From: Selaginella moellendorffii
Lineage: Eukaryota; Plantae; Lycopodiophyta
Assembly: GCF_000143415.4 (NCBI RefSeq)
Contig: NW_003314479.1
Location: forward strand, 1-41,569
Length of the DNA stretch: 41,569 nucleotides
Direction of reading: 5' to 3'
Both the position numbers and the translations under genes were made by a program. The notes under the pieces were generated by a model. The model saw nothing but the letters and a program-made list of their open reading frames with translations, did not search any database and had not been told where the DNA came from. This document shows, piece after piece, positions 35,743 to 41,569 of this stretch (positions within the stretch are counted from its first letter, which is position 1; each line of letters opens with the position of its first letter).

Positions 35743-37870
35743 ATGGAAGAGAATGTTGAGAACCAGGAAATTTGGAAGTTTCAAAAGAATAGCAGATTAA
35801 TACTTCTGCCCCACATCACATGGAGAGGCAGAGGGCATAACATTTATTTATGACAGATGACAGATGACACGTGCAAGTTCATCAGTATCAACAAAATATC
35901 TGCCAGACATGGCAACACTTCCAAGGTCCCGAAGAATGTCATCATGGTGACATCCAAATGCATGGCACAATCTCAGATTTTCATCCTGTTAAACCACAGT
36001 TCCACATAAACATAAGAACATTCCCAGCTTGCAGACCTATAATACAGGATAAATACTTCTCCACTATAACGATGAAGACAAGTAAGGTGATAGCACGAAC
36101 TTTGTTAGCAAAGCCAGGCATGTGGTTATAATGATGGTTGGTCTGGTTGATTTGTTTTCACTTTCCTTTTGAAACTGCAGGAATAGACATGGAAGCCGAA
36201 ACCACCCCCAAAGCCTGAAGTAACAAAAAGAGAGCCAAAACCAGGGATTGATCTTGGTAGTGACAAAGAGATTGCAGAAGAGCAAGTTCACACATCCAAG
36301 AAAATGGTGACTGGAAATTGTTTTATAGATTTTTCTGCTAATGGGATATTATGCAGATTGTTGTAAGGGACAAGGATTGGTGGTGCAGTAGCATTTAGTG
36401 ACCGAGATGCCATGGTTATTACTTCAAATTACATGTCCAAAATTTTTCATCACAAGAAACTTTTAGTAGTGGCCAAATGGAATGCTGTCCTTTCAAAGAT
36501 CCAGCATATGGCAAGTGTTTTGCTGAACAAAACATTGGAATACAGTCAATTCCAATCACTTGAGACAGACATCGTGCATCTCGACTTTATGTGCTGCTAA
36601 GGTAAAGTGATAGATCACAGAGAGGTGTCTCGAAATAACTGTGTACAATATCAGCCTAAAATGCTGAATGATGAGAACAGAAAGATCATTCTTGACAGTG
36701 ATTACATGTGTGCCTTTCTGGATTCATCAAAGCCAAGGTAAGCTCATTGAATTTATCTGGTCATTAACAGCATTTTCTTTGCAGATTTGTCAATGCTTTG
36801 GACCAAAACGAAGTTCTGGACTTATTTGAAGATGACTTTGCAAGCTTTGGGAGCATGCAAGACAGAAAACAATCAGTGTTGTAATGATGAGATCTCTTGT
36901 CGGTCATCCAATCCATCAATCAGCTCTTGCTGGATTTGGTCAGGAATTTCAAGCATTTTAGGATCTACTATATAGCAAAGGAAAAATGATTTCTGCAATT
37001 AAGTGGAACGTGAAATGCTTGGCCAAGGAACAATTAAAAAACAGTTCTTGCAAGAATGATGACCTCCTTCACTCATGAATGCCAAATTGCAAGGAAAGTA
37101 GAATCAAGTCAATGGGTTTTCTTAGGGTAACAGCTGTCAATGGCCGATACATCATCGGTGTATGTTCTATGACCAATATGGAACTACTTTTTCAACTATA
37201 ATCCGTTGAAGGAGGTGAAGTTTGCTCTCTTCATCTTTGTGATTGTGCAAAAATGACTCATTGTTTACAGAGAAAAGAGTCCAATAATTCATTTTTTAAT
37301 CTGGAAACCAGTATTGTCTGGGAGCTATCTTAATCTTGCTACTGAAGGAGGGGAGATTCACAAGCTGTTATCAGGGAGCAGCATCGTTTACTAGACTGGT
37401 ATGCACGTTTTTGTTTTTTTTCCTAAAGACAAAGAAACCTGTGAAATGTGAAGCTTTGGGATTCTTGTTCTTGTTCCTGCAGAAGGCAGGATTCCAGGAG
37501 GATGGTGGTTGTGTTACTTCTAGCCTGGTGACAAGGTTGGAGCTTGAAGAGATGAGACTGGGAGTGTTGGATCTTGCCTTTTGACTGGTCTGCTGGATTT
37601 GTTGTTAAAATACGGCCTGACTGGTATGTTCTAAGTTTTAAACTTATAGCTTCACCCATGTTTTTATAGGTGAAGTTTATGAATCAGGAATGCCAACTAC
37701 TGCCTGAGAAGAGCCAAGAAGAGGAGAAAGGATACCAATTTCTCTTATGAACTCAGTAGAGTGGACACTGAGAACCAAGTTTGAAATTATATCAAAGGAG
37801 ACTTTGAAAGTTCGTAACCCCTACAGGCCGAGGGTGTCTATAATTGAACATTGCTATAACACTTGACAAG
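35743..37870 (+). pseudogene. DNAI3: Axonemal inner-arm dynein intermediate chain (WDR63/IC140-like), degraded
   Basis: Colinear motifs: ISDFHPVK; KPGIDLGSDKEIAEEQV; GAVAFSDRDA; ECCPFKDP..EQNIGIQSIP; NNCVQYQPK..AFLDSSKPR|FVNALDQNEVLDLFEDDF; ATEGGEI. Many stops and frameshifts; both boundaries approximate. Confidence 0.78.
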
Positions 37871-40800
37871 GTAAATGCTCCTTTTTTCTTTTCCTGTTTT
37901 TATTTCTTTGCATTTGTCTTTTTGTGACAAATTTTTCTTTTGCTGGTTTTGAGTGTGTCCTACAGCAATTGTTCATAGATCCTCGGGAGGCACCACCACT
38001 TTTGAGAAAGCTTGAGTAGAAGGAACTTGTTTATGGCTGTGTAGTGGACAGAACTCAATTGTGATGATGCCACACATCCCACTGGATAGATTAACTTAGT
38101 TGAAGTAGCAGATGTAAGGGATGATGGGGAAGTCTCCGGGAGTCACTGTCATGTTGGGCTGATCTAGCTGATGATTTCTGGTGATTTAAGAGATACACTG
38201 CGAGGTTTGGAGCCGACAGTGTTGTAAGACATGATGGTTCAGATGTACACTAAGTGCTTCTTTTTGTGAAAGGTATATGGTTAATGTTCATCGTTTCATC
38301 ACACATGTTTTATCACAGGAATGAGGCACCTTTGAGTCTCCTTCAATAGAAATAAGCTCCCTGGATCTTGGGGAGCATGTCATGCTGCTTCTAGAAGCAG
38401 CTGCCAAGTACTTGATATGGCTTGGAGGCAGTGTCGACTGCAGTCGTGGAAGAGAACAGTTCTACAAAAACACTGCCAAGAATCAGTTGTGGTTCTCAGA
38501 TTCTAAATTTCCAGTAGATATTGGTGAGAAAAGAGGTTTGCAATCTGCAAAAAGGAGTCCTTCCAGATTTCAGACAACGAGTCACTTGAGGAAAGCTTTC
38601 ACATTATCAAAATGCAAATTCTTGCACTATAACATAAGTTCAAGTCGTAGTTTTAACTGGCTTTCAATATGCTTATGAATGTATTCTTATTGAAAATTTA
38701 AATCTTATGTAACTTTTTATTTATCTCCTTAATTACAACTTAGTTTCTTACTAAATATGATTTCTAAAAGGTTTACATTTTACTATTTCATTTGACTTGC
38801 TCTTGACTTAAGAAGAATGAGAAAATCAAGCCCTCTAATCCCTGAAAAATGAACCTGCAAAAGATCACAATCATCATTGAGATGTTGTGTCTGAGATGCA
38901 ATGTGTACTTCACAATGTGCAACATGCAGTGGCCTGTTGTGATACTAATAAAGCATCAACCACTTAGGCCATTTTGCTAGGCAATGTCATCTCCTGCAAG
39001 ACATTCTTACAATTGTGTAGCACTCCAAAACATGGAACAAGAGCCAGGCTAATGATCATTATTCAATTTTTTTATAAATAGAATTCTACTGATTTTTTTC
39101 ATCCAACTTCTTTAGAGCATGTTATATGTTGTGAAAAGTTAGGAGATTAAACTAAATCATAGTTAGATTTGAAACTTTCAGTTTATAATATAGCTAGAAG
39201 TTAATGTACATATATTTTTATGAACATTATAATGTGATTATATTCAGAATAGAGTTGTAATTATTGATAATACATGAAAATAATTTTTATATGTTGTGGT
39301 TATCCAGTTATTTAGATTAGTAAAATATGTAAAGGTTAGATATCTTTGGTCTATATACTCTAGAAAATATTTAAATTGGAGAGCTGGAAATAAGCATAAT
39401 TATGGTAACAGTTGCATCCTTGTTTTACAAAGTGATAGAAAGTTTATATTATACTCTAATAAAAAAGATATGTATTGTTCTATCAATACGTATTGCACTA
39501 AATATATATTTTCAACAATATTAACTATATAGATGACTTTAAGCCCCTCATGACCCATACATCTATCTTTGGAGAAACAGTTTTGTGTTGGTTATAATTT
39601 TTGTAGACTGTAGCCTATGACTTGGACAAGAGCATACTAAAATAGGTGGATTTTCTTTGACTAAATTTTGTATTTCTGAAAGTATGTGGGAAAGAAGGGA
39701 AGTGCTATGATTCTAAGCATAATAAATTCTTTATATGAATTTTCTAAAGAGAGTTCAAATGACATTGCGAAAGATAGAAATCTCAAGAAATTAATATGCA
39801 GTTTTTGCTTTGCTTTCGTGAGACAGCCAGGATTGTGAACTTGGTGTTGCTGAATAACACATGGTGATATATGTGCCATATTTATTCATTTGTATGTGGT
39901 GTATGTGTTTCTTTTGAATGTAGATGACATTAAGCACAAGCTTTATCACTTTTATACTCCACCATGAATTAGAAGAACACTTGCCAAGTACAGGATGTCA
40001 AAGAACACTTCCAGCGAGCACAGTGGGCATAGTCAGTGGTGTGGCATTAATAGTGACTTTCAATGTACTGTCTCAATATGTAGTGTCGAAGACGTCCCAT
40101 ATGCTTTTGGCTGCATTTAAACTTTCCACAACTAGACTTCTACATGCACTTTTCTAGGCAATCCACCAAAGGCCACACTAATAGGCAGACTCCTACAGAT
40201 AGAGCAAATACACCTTCATCTGATCCAACCTAGCTTTTATAGGACTCTAGCTCCAAAATCTCTTTACATAGCTCTTTCGAGTCAGTTCCATGCTTAAACA
40301 TGTGCATCTATCTATCTATCACTTTCTTCTCTTGTTTTGGTAGAAAGTTTAGTTTTTTCTGTGTGGTTTCTTTCTTGCCAGGTTTAGAAGGATAAAACAT
40401 TGTGGCTCAAAATCTGAGAAAGCTGGTTTTAATGCCATTGCATTAACAAGAACCAATTATATATAGTTTTAAAGAGCTAAACTTAGCACTTGTATGTTTT
40501 TATTTTTATTTAATGTGTATTATGTCAAAATTTACTTGCTTATCTCTTTATATTATGACCAGTCTGGATTTATATTTTCAGAATTATATAATTTAAATAT
40601 ATATGGGAAAAAGAGAATTTATATCAGGGTTCTTTAACACATAAGAGTTCCTACCTTATATCCATCTGGCTAAATACAAGTGCTAAGCCCTGTAAAAGAT
40701 GCACATCAAATCTAGCATGATAACCATTCATGCTTTGTGTGACCTCAGGATTTGTGACATGGATTTTAGTGGTATCACATTTGGTGATAGGGGGAGACTT

Positions 40801-41569
40801 TAGGCAAACCTTACCTGTTCTTAAAAGAACTTGCCACACACAAATTATTCGAAATAGTGTTAAATCTTCACCAATATGGTCTAAAATTTAAAAGTTCTCA
40901 TTGCCTATAAACATGCAAGTGAACCCAGAAGAAAAGGAATGGTCAAGATGGCTTGTGACCCAAGGAAATGGCAATCTCCCTAACCTCCTAAGATTTAATC
41001 AGGACATTCAGAGCACCATTAACATCCACTACTAGAGAACAATTGATAGTATGTTTGAAAAACATATAGAGACAAGCAACTTAAGCCTATTTCGAAAGGC
41101 TATTCTCACAACTTAAATGACCTCTCTTTACAAGTAAATGACTAAATCCTTTCAAGAATGAGAAACAATAACAAACAAGAGCATTAATACTGTAGAAACA
41201 GAATCAAATGAGAAGATGCTTGACTATCCTCTTAAACTTGGTAACACCGTCTGGAATGCCTTCACATAAGCTAAACATAAAAATCAGCTGTATCATAATG
41301 CTCTTACATAATATTAACACAAATAAACTATCATAACCAAAGCTTTACCAAATGTTATTGAAGTTAAAATTTTACATAATGATATGCAATAATCTCTTTG
41401 AAACCAAAAAAATGGAGATATGCCAATCATTGTAAAATGGTAGTAGTTCTCTATAAGACATGCATTCTCTATTACAATTTGCAAATCCTAAAGACAAACA
41501 CTAAAATATAAAGATATTATTGCTAAGACAAGTTTTCAACCATGGTCAACTTTATGTTGCACTCTTAAG

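Noticed and set aside
1-41569. Autonomous Helitron Rep/PIF1 helicase, or an intact host gene
   Set aside because: No HUH Rep or helicase motifs recognised; every identified gene is truncated or disrupted.
38000-41569. Short ORFs in the right-hand AT-rich region
   Set aside because: No recognisable motifs or termini; left unannotated.

Overview
Eukaryotic land-plant DNA from a draft assembly with six N gaps. Very short GT-AG introns (about 44-70 bp) and a flagellar inner-arm dynein intermediate-chain remnant suggest a lycophyte such as Selaginella (inference). I see no intact gene. Positions 1 to about 35.7 kb form a chain of non-autonomous Helitrons, almost all on the minus strand, with 5'-TC..TATTTAAA starts and CCCAGC-nnn-GCTGGG hairpin + CTAG 3' ends. 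They carry RPA70-like remnants and captured, intron-containing host gene fragments: AAE, purple acid phosphatase, kinase, LAF3, a kelch gene, SNAP33, a USP domain, F-box/kelch, HAD, ACBP4 and plastid PDH-E1alpha. The main observation is that every recognisable minus-strand CTAG end sits within the first 0-9 nt of another Helitron's 5' terminus. For the 6.2-kb element at 27422-33598 the empty site can be rebuilt exactly from the window. Three 5' termini are also tandemly duplicated exactly to the TC. A decayed DNAI3/WDR63/IC140 gene follows at about 35.7-37.9 kb. Protein identities come from my recognition of motifs, not database searches.
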